NCBI GenBank assembly: GCA_004764695.1
Contig: SMSO01000006.1
Coordinates: 201,859 to 265,858 of the forward strand
DNA length: 64,000 nt
From: Schizochytrium sp. TIO01
Taxonomy: Eukaryota; Protista; Bigyra: Labyrinthulomycetes
Direction: 5' to 3'
Part shown: piece after piece, positions 25,564-35,865 of the stretch
Layout: each line of letters starts with the position of its first letter
Numbering within the stretch: position 1 is the stretch's first letter
The notes under the pieces: generated by a model
Databases searched by the model: none
Told to the model about the DNA's origin: nothing
Seen by the model: the letters and a program-made list of their open reading frames with translations, nothing else
Program-made: the position numbers and the translations under genes

Positions 25564-26475
25564 ATGCGAAAGTTCTTAATGCTCTTCGCGGCCTTTGTGG
25601 GCACCCTGGTTCTCCTGGTGAACCTCACAGAGGCAGGTCTCAGGGGCTGGCCCTCATTGAGGTCCGTCCCGACTCCTACTCAGTCGAGGCTCCACAGACT
25701 CCGCTCGAGGCTGGGACTTCTGCAAAGAACGGCGCCGAAGCGTAAGGTAGTCCGCACATTCATGCGGCAGCCGAGCACTATGAACTACATGGGTAAACCT
25801 GTTCGCTCTGTTTATGTTCTCGGGCCCGAGTCCTCCGGAACAAGATTTGTGAGCAGGAGTATCAGTCACGCTGTGCAAAGCGGCAATGGCTGGGATGGGG
25901 AATACCCTCCCTGCATTACATTGGTTAATAAGACTGTTGCAGATGACTTTTCGTACACAAATGTACACCACGTGTCGCTGCCTTGGGGAGGTTGGTGTGA
26001 GGGCGAAACTAAGGTAGTACCCACTATTGATCAATGCCATCACGACGCAGGGTTTCCGCGCTTCTTTGTAGACATCGAGAGCTTGCTCAAACACATTTCC
26101 AAGGCGAGGGCGGTTATTGTGACAAGAGATCCCGCATATACAATGCGGTCTGTGATTCAGAAACACTGCAGGAATGTCAAGTGGGCAAAAGAAGAGTACG
26201 AATTAGCCATGTCACTCATCGGAAAGGTGCGTTCGAATCAGGCGTTAAGCAAGCGGGTCTTCCATTTGAGTTATGAAGAACTGGAGATGAATGGAGATGA
26301 GATCTGGGCGCAACTTCTGGAGTTCCTAGAACTTCCGCAAAGTCCCTCACCACAATTTATCTCCGGTAACCACCGTCGCGTCCTCGCAGAACTCGCTGCC
26401 AAGGGGTTACCACCACCTTTCCCCCGCTCGGATTCATACAGTTTTGATTCCAACTTCACTAATACTTTTCTCTAA
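25564..26475 (+). CDS. Sulfotransferase-fold protein with N-terminal signal anchor, paralog B, 303 aa
   Basis: First ATG is at 25564 (MRKFLMLFAAFVGTLVLLV); the track start at 25516 is TTG. Motifs: VYVLGPESSGTRFVSRSI, VIVTRDP, HLSYEEL, QLLEFLEL. Clearly homologous to 20948..21931. Confidence 0.75.
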   Translation: MRKFLMLFAAFVGTLVLLVNLTEAGLRGWPSLRSVPTPTQSRLHRLRSRLGLLQRTAPKRKVVRTFMRQPSTMNYMGKPVRSVYVLGPESSGTRFVSRSISHAVQSGNGWDGEYPPCITLVNKTVADDFSYTNVHHVSLPWGGWCEGETKVVPTIDQCHHDAGFPRFFVDIESLLKHISKARAVIVTRDPAYTMRSVIQKHCRNVKWAKEEYELAMSLIGKVRSNQALSKRVFHLSYEELEMNGDEIWAQLLEFLELPQSPSPQFISGNHRRVLAELAAKGLPPPFPRSDSYSFDSNFTNTFL

Positions 26476-27276
26476 ATTGAGGAGACACTTGTAGCTTCTT
26501 TTCGACTGTATTGCGTCATGTTTCGCATAAAATCTGCCTTGCAAGGAAATGCAAATGTAGTGGCTGTTAGATTCTCTATTGTGCGTGTAGAGTTTTGCTA
26601 CTCGGCGAATCGTTGGAAGCTACAAATTAAATAGATATCATGCTAATCACCATGATCTATTTCATGTTGCACAAGAACAATTCAAATCAAAGCAAATGAT
26701 AAAAGTCGCATTCCTCACCTATCGTCGCTGAGCCGCTGCGTTATTTTGTTAGGAATAAGGAGGATCAGTACAATGCAAAGATTTGAGGCACATTTGCATT
26801 GACCAAACTGCTTCAATTGAGTGATTCTCCACAGATCTTGACTTGGCGCTCCAATAAAGGCGATATGTTGCTTTCGGAATGGTTTCAATATAACATCTCC
26901 TAGTACTTTAATATGAATGGATATATGAATCTTGATACGCTCCACGCACAACTAAATTATTCTTTCTTGATTCTCCAAGCTCGTAATCTTGCTATCGAGG
27001 GCTAAATACATTCAAAGATTATAGTTAATCAACATTGCGAAGTGTCAGGGTGTGATTGTGCAGCATAAGCACGCACCTTGTGATGCATACATTGAACCAG
27101 GAGCAGGACTAAATATCAAAGAACGAGATAACAAGAGCAATCCAGCACTTACAGTTTTCCTCTTTCATTTTTATTACTATGATTTTTATTTTGTTTATAT
27201 TTAAAGCGAAAGCTCAACAGTAGAGATGCGATGGCACATTCTAAGGCTTAAATTGCAACAGCGGCTATCTACAAAT

Positions 27277-27897
27277 CTAGTTAGACTTGGTGTGGGTCTC
27301 AGCCTCGGGAGCAGGCGGCAGCATGATATCACGGAGACGCATAAGGTTAGCCACGGCGCGAAAGAGAAACCCAGGCATGAAGACCAGACTCATCATTGGC
27401 TCGCCAATAACAATGCAAATGGCAGCAGCCTCAAATGATACGCAAGACCAGAAGAGGATCTTCTTGTTGCCAAGGTACAGGCGCACGATAGGGCCACCAG
27501 GCATCTCCTTTTGGTGAAAGTTACCCAACTCAGACTTGTACATGACCACACCATGGGCAACAATCTCCACCATCACAAGGGCAGCGTAGAGAAAAGCAGC
27601 AATTAAAGTGCTGAGAGGAGCTTCGTACTTATCGAGTACAGTCGTCGCTGCGAGGTGAAGACAGACGCAGGTGCTAATTCGATCAATGATCATGTCCAGG
27701 TAGTAGCCAAGTTTGGAGGTCTGATTGAGCGCACGAGCCACGGGGCCGTCAAGAGCATCTAGCAAGTAGCTAAACATGTACAGACCTGCAAAATACAAGG
27801 TCTCGCCTTTGGTATACTCAACATATGCCAGGTACAAAAAGATGACTCGAAAATAGTCAATGATGTTGGCGAGATACAACACAACAGGGATCTCCAT
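27277..27897 (-). CDS. CDP-alcohol phosphatidyltransferase, phosphatidylinositol-synthase-like, 206 aa
   Basis: Signature DxxDGxxARxxxxxxxxGxxxDxxxD is present as LDALDGPVARALNQTSKLGYYLDMIIDR. Several transmembrane segments; size and layout resemble PI synthase. Confidence 0.85.
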   Translation of the reverse strand: MEIPVVLYLANIIDYFRVIFLYLAYVEYTKGETLYFAGLYMFSYLLDALDGPVARALNQTSKLGYYLDMIIDRISTCVCLHLAATTVLDKYEAPLSTLIAAFLYAALVMVEIVAHGVVMYKSELGNFHQKEMPGGPIVRLYLGNKKILFWSCVSFEAAAICIVIGEPMMSLVFMPGFLFRAVANLMRLRDIMLPPAPEAETHTKSN

Positions 27898-29698
27898 CTT
27901 GGTGGTAGTTTTATCAGACTCTCAGGCTGCTGAGCGGAATGCAAGCAAAGCGGCTATCTATACGTCTTGCTCTCCTCAGTCCACGGCTGACGGTGACAAA
28001 GCTCTCCCGAAGGCAATCAAAGAGTGTAGCAGCGATGGCAGCTAAGGGTGAGGCAGGGATAAGTCTTAACTAAAGGAAAACCTGTGTCTGGAGTAGCCCG
28101 CACGCGTGCCGAGAGACCAGACGGTGGAGACGGATGCCAAACTGCTGATGTTCTTGATATCCTCGAGCGCAGATAGGTATTAGTAATAGGTAGCGAGAAA
28201 AAGCGGCTGCGAAGTAATTTTTAATTTTAAAATACCAGATCATTTTCTCTCGACCTAGTGGTTTTGCTATGTACCTACTTTGATAGGGTGTATTCTAAAT
28301 TAATATAATACGTATTTTGGTCATAGTAATAGTAATAGTGATAGTAAGAGAATAAAGAGTAGCTAAATACCGGTCATACAAAGTTAGTAGCGCAGCTCAA
28401 GACTCAAAACATGCCAAATCAATTTCTTTCCTTAGGTGCACTGAGGAAAGGATTGCTTTTGTTTATTTGATCGAAGATTAAGCACATTTTTATGGTATCT
28501 ATGACTGCACTAGTTTATACTGGAAGCATAACTGGTTTGCAGACTGTTCGTCAGATGGCAAATGTCATTTCACTTGGAGTTTGCAGAACCTAATTCATGA
28601 TTACCTACAAATGAAGTTAGCTATGAAGGCTATTACATCAAGCTTTATACAATGCTCTTTAGACATCTTTGAATGTTGCAGCAAATGCGTCCCAAAGTCT
28701 GGCGTAGTCAAACCAGACCTTGCTGTGACGCCAAATCAGTTTACCTTTTACATAGCTGTGCACGCTGTATACCTGTGTCGTATGCCTGCTGAGCGAATCC
28801 ATTGTGTCTTTTCAATCTAACAAGTCAACTAGCTACAGTCTATTTGTACTTGTTATCAAAAACACGAAATCGAGTGCAATCTGTATATCTTCATGGTGAT
28901 CTGTGGCAACGTCGAGAGTATTTTAGTCGGTGCACGTTTTATACGTCTGAGCGAGCATATTTTGATCTCGTTGCGAGATCTTTTGGTCAGCGTTGCATTA
29001 TCTTTATCCAAAGAACTTCGTCATTTGTTTGCTGGTTCTAGGCAACTCAAGGTCGACCACAATCGAAGGCCGTTGACGTTGATCCTCTGTGATGGAGCAA
29101 GTTGTGGGACAAACGATAATTTGGGGGTGCATGAAATTAGTAAGACCAAGTCTACGAGACACGCAGCAGGTCACGCCACGTAGTGTGCGAGGCACATATG
29201 TTAAACTAGTAGACTGCCAAGATGGCGACAGTTATTTTGCATCACACGAGTTTGACGGCTTCGAATTTGGAGAACTGCTTTTGTGAGTACTGGAGTGTTA
29301 CATAGAAGGTACAAGTGTGGTTGATCCTGCTCAGCCTAAGCTTCCGACAGAGTTCGTGTCTACTCGGGTGCAAGCATTCCGCAACTTTTTATTTGTACAG
29401 ACGTTTTGCTCATCACAAGTTCTTTTGTGGCTGGCTGACAGGAAACCATATCATGATTGCCAGTAACATTGATGTGGTATCCGTAAACTATCATCCAAAT
29501 ACATCGAAAATATGACCAAATTCTATTAGAAGAAAATCATCTTAAGCCACATTCATGCTGCTATTATATCTTTTTTCTTATCCTACCTTCTTGAAAGGAA
29601 AGTAAAAGTCAGATCCGTAAAAGTCAAGTCATACAAAAATGAATTCGTGTCAAGAGAAAATAATTAAGAATTACGCATATTTTGGCCTTCTGGATAAC

Positions 29699-31510
29699 TT
29701 AGAGCTTTGACTGGGGTTGTTTCTTCTGCTGCTCTGAGAGAATATTTTCCGTCTTGATCTTATCGCGGATGACAAGCTTGACGATTTTGCCAGTCGCACC
29801 TCGAGGAAGCTGCTCGGGCCAGTAGTAAAGGTGGGTAGGCTGCTCAAACTTGGCAAGGTCCTGACACTTGGACCGAATCTCTTCGAGCGTGGGGCGAGCA
29901 CCATTCTTGGGAAAGACTACAATACCAACCTCCTCGCCAAGAGACGGATGAGGGACAGGAATAGCCGCAACCTCTGCAACACCAGGGTGTTGGTAGACAC
30001 CATCCTCTACAGCAACGCATGAAATATTTTCACCACCACGAATGATAATCTCCTTGGTACGACCACCGAGGTGCAAAAAGCCTTCAGTATCAATCGTGCC
30101 AATGTCACCGGTGCGAAGCCAGCCATCACGAGTAATGGTATCGGCTGTTGCCTCCGGTTTGCGCCAATACTCCTTGAGGTTGGCTGCGCCCTTGACCATG
30201 ACATTGCCACGGACACCGGGGGGCACGGGCTGATCCTTCTCATCCCAAACAGCGATTTGGACACCAGGTACAGCACGCCCACAGCTAGTGGGACGCTCAA
30301 TATAGGTTGTGCCATCATTGAGTACAGTGAGAGCATTTGTCTCAGTCATTCCAAACCCTTGAATAGGAGCGGCCTTCTTAAAGTTGGATCCTACATCCTT
30401 GACCATAGTACTCGGAGGAGCAGCACCACCACCACCAACAGACTCAAGGGAGCTGGTGTCATACTTCTTGAAGTTAGGATGGTTCATCATGTCAAGAACC
30501 ATGGTGGGCACACCAGTAAAATTGGTGATCTTCTCACGCTCGATGAGCTCAAGAGCACGCTCTGGGACCCACTTGCTCATCATCACCATCTTGCGAGTGA
30601 CAAGAAACGAAAGGAAAAACACAGAGTGAAGGCCAGTGGCATGGAAGAGCGGTACATTAAGAAGAACAGCGAGATGTTTAGGGTCCTCCTCTGTCGGGGT
30701 GAACGTCTCCCCCTTTCGCTCAGCCTCGATTAACTTCTGGCGGAACGAATGGGCAGCTGCGCCGATGAGAGCATGGCAGATGCTACGGTGAGTCAAAACT
30801 ACGCCCTTGGGATGACCGGTGGTTCCCGAAGTGTACATAATGAGGGCGTTGTCGTCTTTGGTAGCAACGAAAGGAGGCATTTCCTTGCCACGATACTTGG
30901 CAATGACGTCGTTGTACATCACGAGCTTGGCGTGCGGTTTGACCTTTTCAGTCCCCGGGCCACCAAAGAGGATGACCTTTTCCACACAAGCAATTTTGTC
31001 AAGCACAGGCTCAATAAATCTGTAGCGCTCAATATCACACAGAACAACTTTACTTCCGGAGTTGTCAAGGCCGTACTCGAGTTCTTTGGTCTTCCACCAT
31101 GAGTTCATCGGCACATTCGTCGCACCAACAGAGGTGGATGCTACTACAGAGGTGACGTATTCAATGCGGTTTTTGGAGCAGACACACACACGGTCGGACT
31201 TCTTCACGCCAAACTCGTTAACAAGAGCGTACCCAAGGGCGGCAGACTCCTCGTAAGTCTCATCAAACGTGCGGCGGTCATCTTCATACACTAGGAATTC
31301 GTAGTGCGAGAGACCACGGTCCTTAGGCACCTTGAATACGTCAATGAGAGTCTGCGGTGCATTAGGGAAGACATCGTATTCGACTCCATCATGATGGGGG
31401 GCGTGTTTCTCCGGGAATGACACCACCTCTTTCTTCAACTCGAACAGAGTTCCGGGCTGGTGAATCATTGCGTCAACCTTGTTAAGGAGATCATTTGTAA
31501 GAGGCTTCAT
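29699..31510 (-). CDS. Peroxisomal AMP-forming acyl-CoA ligase, copy 1, 603 aa, PTS1 -SKL
   Basis: First ATG at 31510 (MKPLT; the track start is GTG). Motifs IMYTSGTTGHPKG, GFGMTE, WLRTGD, RTKEIIIRGGENI, LPRGATGKI; C-terminus QPQSKL. Confidence 0.93.
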   Translation of the reverse strand: MKPLTNDLLNKVDAMIHQPGTLFELKKEVVSFPEKHAPHHDGVEYDVFPNAPQTLIDVFKVPKDRGLSHYEFLVYEDDRRTFDETYEESAALGYALVNEFGVKKSDRVCVCSKNRIEYVTSVVASTSVGATNVPMNSWWKTKELEYGLDNSGSKVVLCDIERYRFIEPVLDKIACVEKVILFGGPGTEKVKPHAKLVMYNDVIAKYRGKEMPPFVATKDDNALIMYTSGTTGHPKGVVLTHRSICHALIGAAAHSFRQKLIEAERKGETFTPTEEDPKHLAVLLNVPLFHATGLHSVFFLSFLVTRKMVMMSKWVPERALELIEREKITNFTGVPTMVLDMMNHPNFKKYDTSSLESVGGGGAAPPSTMVKDVGSNFKKAAPIQGFGMTETNALTVLNDGTTYIERPTSCGRAVPGVQIAVWDEKDQPVPPGVRGNVMVKGAANLKEYWRKPEATADTITRDGWLRTGDIGTIDTEGFLHLGGRTKEIIIRGGENISCVAVEDGVYQHPGVAEVAAIPVPHPSLGEEVGIVVFPKNGARPTLEEIRSKCQDLAKFEQPTHLYYWPEQLPRGATGKIVKLVIRDKIKTENILSEQQKKQPQSKL

Positions 31511-32485
31511 TTTGCTCACCACGGTCTACAGACAATATCAATTACCCTCTGCCAACCTCGCGCCTATTTAGATACCTTCACCTGCACGCGTGCACAATAA
31601 GCTCTCTGTCTCGAGCCTCGTATGTTGCGGTTTTGCTTTTGAGCAAGGCAGCAAGTCCAAGCTTTGGTTGATTAATTTTTTCCTAAAGTTCCTAAATTTG
31701 AAAACAAAAATAAAAATATTCTTAAACAAAATTTTATAAAGATAAATAAAAACTTTTCCTTCTTCAAAAGAAAAACATTAACTCAAATCATTGATTGAGC
31801 TCCCTCCTTCTTGCAGCCAACAGAGAGCAAGCATTGACACTCAGATCTCATCTTTAAGTAAGCTTTTGCTTTGTAATAGAGAGCATCAGACCTATGGCTT
31901 GGCAAGGTCCTAAAGCCTCCACTCCACGCACGCGAAAATGCACAGCGCCTCGGGTCTCCGATCGGGATCCAAGGGCCATTTTGCCAGTTCGCAGAGAGCT
32001 CAATTGCAGGGCCAGAATAACAAGGACTGCCGTTGCTGTGCTCTTTATGCCCTCTGCCGATGCTTCATGGCGGTGTCTAGACGAAAGAAATCAAACACGC
32101 GGTTCTGAGGTGCTTCGTTCACCCTGCAGAATCCCTTACACCCAAACAAGGTTGGTCGGGGCCTGACGAGCTTTGACCAGAACAAACTGTGCGTGGAAGC
32201 ACCCTGGCCTCGCTGGCCCTGGCCTCGCTCGCTGCGCTAGGCAACAGCCGATGGTCAACGCTTGTTTGTCTTCTGCGAGCTCTTCTTCGAGCTCTTCTTC
32301 GAGGTCGCATCAGTCAGCGGTTCTCAGCTCAGGGTTCGCCTGTGTGTCACGTTGTCTGGTATTTATTGCTCTCGGCTTGTTTACAGGTTCACAGTTCTTT
32401 CTTCCTTTCTTGCTATTATGGTCCTTTTCTCATATTCGCACCCGAACGACAGTTCGTTTGCTGTTGATCTGCATTGCTCAAGACA

Positions 32486-32516
32486 TGAATGAATGAATGA
32501 ATGAATGAATGAATGC
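32486..32516. repeat. (GAAT)n microsatellite
   Basis: Visible tetramer run. Confidence 0.85.
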
Positions 32517-32781
32517 ATGCATGGATGAGACTGAGTTGAGGTGTGGAGGGAGAAACTGAGGAAACCCTGCAAAAGTATCGTCTGAGCGAATCTTGGCGAG
32601 AGAGAGGAGGAAGGATACCCAGGCCGGTCAGAAGGCCCCTCTGCTTCCCATGAAACACGAAACTGAGATGAGATCGAATATACTAAGGGCGTATCTTTCC
32701 ATCTGAGATCCTCGTTCTTCAAGTGAGTGTCAAACTGCAAGAAAGAGCGGCTCCTTCAAAAACAGAAAATCGAAGATCTTT

Positions 32782-32885
32782 TAAATAAAATAAAATAAAA
32801 TAAAATAAAATAAAATAAAACAAAACAAAACAAAATGAAATGAAATGAAATGAACTAAACAAACAAACAGATAACATAACATAAC
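32782..32885. repeat. Compound pentamer array (TAAAA)n-(CAAAA)n-(TGAAA)n...(ATAAC)n
   Basis: Directly visible 5-mer runs that change stepwise. Confidence 0.9.
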
Positions 32886-33770
32886 AGAACGAGCTACGAA
32901 CTGACTTGTATGTCCAAAGATACGCCTCCGGCGTGTCATCCATCGACCGTATGTCACTATACGGACCCACTGGCGCAGGCGATGGTGCAAAAAGCGCCTC
33001 TAATAAGTCCCAAGCAACAACCCGGCAATCGAATCATCGGTTCAAATGGCTTCTTCTTTACCAGCACAAATGAGTGAGCGGAGTTGAACGTCTTTGTGAG
33101 AAACGGAGTATAAGTCATTCTCTCTTTCATCACTTTCATAAATCTTGAAAGAAAATAATATCAAACCATCAGACAAACCAACAACTAACTAACTAACTAA
33201 CCGACTGACTAACTGACTGACTGATGCACACACTAATAAACAATCTAATAAGTAAACAAACAAACAAACAAACGAATGAGCGAATGAATATGCGTACAAA
33301 TCTAAAAACACGAGGCTCCACCAATCTGCAATCCTGGGAGCATCGTCGGCCTTCAGGTTGACCAAGTTGAACGTCGCCAAACTTCATCTCAAGTCTTGAA
33401 CCTCAACGACTGCTTATCCACTTCTTCAAGGGAAGCTCTCTCCATTCCAAACCTGAGCTCCGTTCAGATTCTTCTTGTTCAACCAACCTTCCGTAAAACA
33501 TTCTTCTTTCAACGAAACGCGCAGAGGCCCTCTTAGGGCCCTCCTACGAACCACGATAGACACCCCCGCAGCCCAACAGATCGGAACGGCACCTCCATAG
33601 CACTGTCGCTTCTAAAAGTTGATTTTAAAATAAATAAAATTATCTTTATTATATTTGCACGTCATTCGCCAGTTCAGACGGTGAGTCCGACTCCTTCAGG
33701 TCGCCCTTTATGCGCTCATTCTTCTCCGATGATTTCTTTCTTCGATAGGCCCGTCATAGGGGTGCATAGA

Positions 33771-33883
33771 CATTCATTCATTCATTCATTCATTCATTCA
33801 TTCATTCATTCATTCATTCATTCATTCATTCATTCATTCATTCATTCATTCATTCATTCACTCATTCACTCATTCATTCATTC
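33771..33883. repeat. (CATT)n microsatellite, about 28 units, with two CACT variants
   Basis: Directly visible. Confidence 0.95.
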
Positions 33884-35865
33884 TTCTGCAGTGGTGTTCA
33901 AAGGGATCATAATATCAAAATAATGGCTCACGACATCTGATGATGAGTCAATCGTTCGTAGAATTGCGCTTCGGCTTGAGTCCTTCACGTTCTAACACTC
34001 GCTGGGTGCGCGGTCTTTGGACTGTGGCAGACGGAGGCAGCTAGCTGTGCGGAGAGGAGTGCAGTGGGAACGGAGAGAGAGCCTTTCCCACGCACTCACC
34101 TCTTCAAAATCGAAGACGCCGCATGGCCTCATATCATCATGCAATGGGTTCTCTTGGCATTTGCTCCAAGATTTCAAGATTTCAAGGTTTCAAGATTTCG
34201 AGGTTTTCAAGCGCGCCTTTTCCAAGCGGGCTCTTCTCCGGCAGGGCCTAGCAGCCGGCTACCCAAGCGCGTACGCGTTCTTTTGCGATGGGACCGTTTC
34301 TCTCCAGCATAAAATCGCTATGGAACACCGCGACGGTCCAGAACCTAGCTACTACCTAACATGTACAGGCAAAAATCTGATCTCCCGCTTCTTCTCCCTC
34401 TGTTCCTCTATCTTCTGCTTTGATGATTAGTATTGGTTTTTAATTATAGGAAGCCCGAATGAAACATGAAAAGTTAAAAACTTGTTTTAATAAGAATAAG
34501 AATCGAAATGGTGACTACAGTACTAAAAATAGATCTGGATAGGGGCTCTTAGCAAGAAAACTAAAGCGCTCAGGTGCCAAGTACTTCGACTATTATGCTC
34601 TTTTCAGTTTCTAAGCAAGCAGCTCTTTGAGCTCGTTTCGAACTTGAAATTGAAAGGAACGCGAGCGGTGCTACCTCTGCAAAGCAAGAGCAGAGGGCTC
34701 GGACTCCAAGCTCAGCGACGTGAGCCTAAGTCGCGACGCACCATACGAAACGGAGAGCGACCGGCTTCGTTTGGTTGAGTGTGAGCTCGCATTAATATTA
34801 ATCTTGACTTCTGCCCTGAGAACTACTTAGGCATAATTAGCGGCGCTTCTAAAAGCTCACTGCACGTGAAAGGCGTAGGACCGAGGCAAAGGGCAGGACT
34901 GAGCCAGACGGTATACTAAATCTTCGATGGGTAATCTTCGATAAAGCATTGGCGCAGATGAATTAGCGTTGACACGAACTTGCACAAACGTGATCTGACG
35001 CGAAAACATGAAATCGAGGACATCTCGAGGCGCAATATTCGATGGCCTCTGCTTCCCTGTAAGTTTAAAGCATCTTCGCTGTCACTCCATCGTGGCAGTA
35101 CAGAGAGACACGGCTATCACCAGAATAGGGGTTACTCGATCAAGAGACAACTGATTGTCACGCTTGTGTCCTGTACGAAGGGCCACTTCCGGGCCAAACC
35201 GAGGCAAGACCTTCAGCTGAGCTGGGGGGGGCGTCGTCGAAGGTGTCGCGCGCTTACTGACCACGTGTATGCCACTGCCGTCGTCGATTTGTAGGTAGCT
35301 AGCTATAAGCGGGTAGCGCACTCGCTTTGATTGGATTAGATAGATAGTCCTACCTAGTTACCATTGTACGAAATGCCAGGTTTACAAGTTGAACTTCAAG
35401 TTATGAAGGGCTCTGGGTCATTCAATTCTGTCAGAAGTTGAAGCGGTCTGAAGATTGCTTTTGGGACTTTCAAGGGCTCGTGATCAGGATAACAGCTGAC
35501 AAAGGTGGGGAGCTGTGAAGAAAGGTGGTACAGGATTCCTTTGAGAATTGCTATCGGGACTAAATAGAAGATGCGGATCTCTTCATGAAAACACCGGATG
35601 AGAACTAACACCACGTAAGGATTCGAGGTGCCTAGGAAATAGATTTAGAACTACCATCTCGAGGCTCGTTTTGTTCAACTTGCTCGCAATAATATAGACA
35701 TACAAATTGGGGAGGGGGGGAGGATAATAGTAAAGTAGGAAACAACGAAAGAACAAGCCTTGCAACAGAATATATGCTTCTACATGTTGTCTAGAAACTA
35801 AAGGCCTTTGATTAGAAATTGAAAATGGAAACTAGAAGGGAAAACTTTCGGACAGATAGCTTCGG

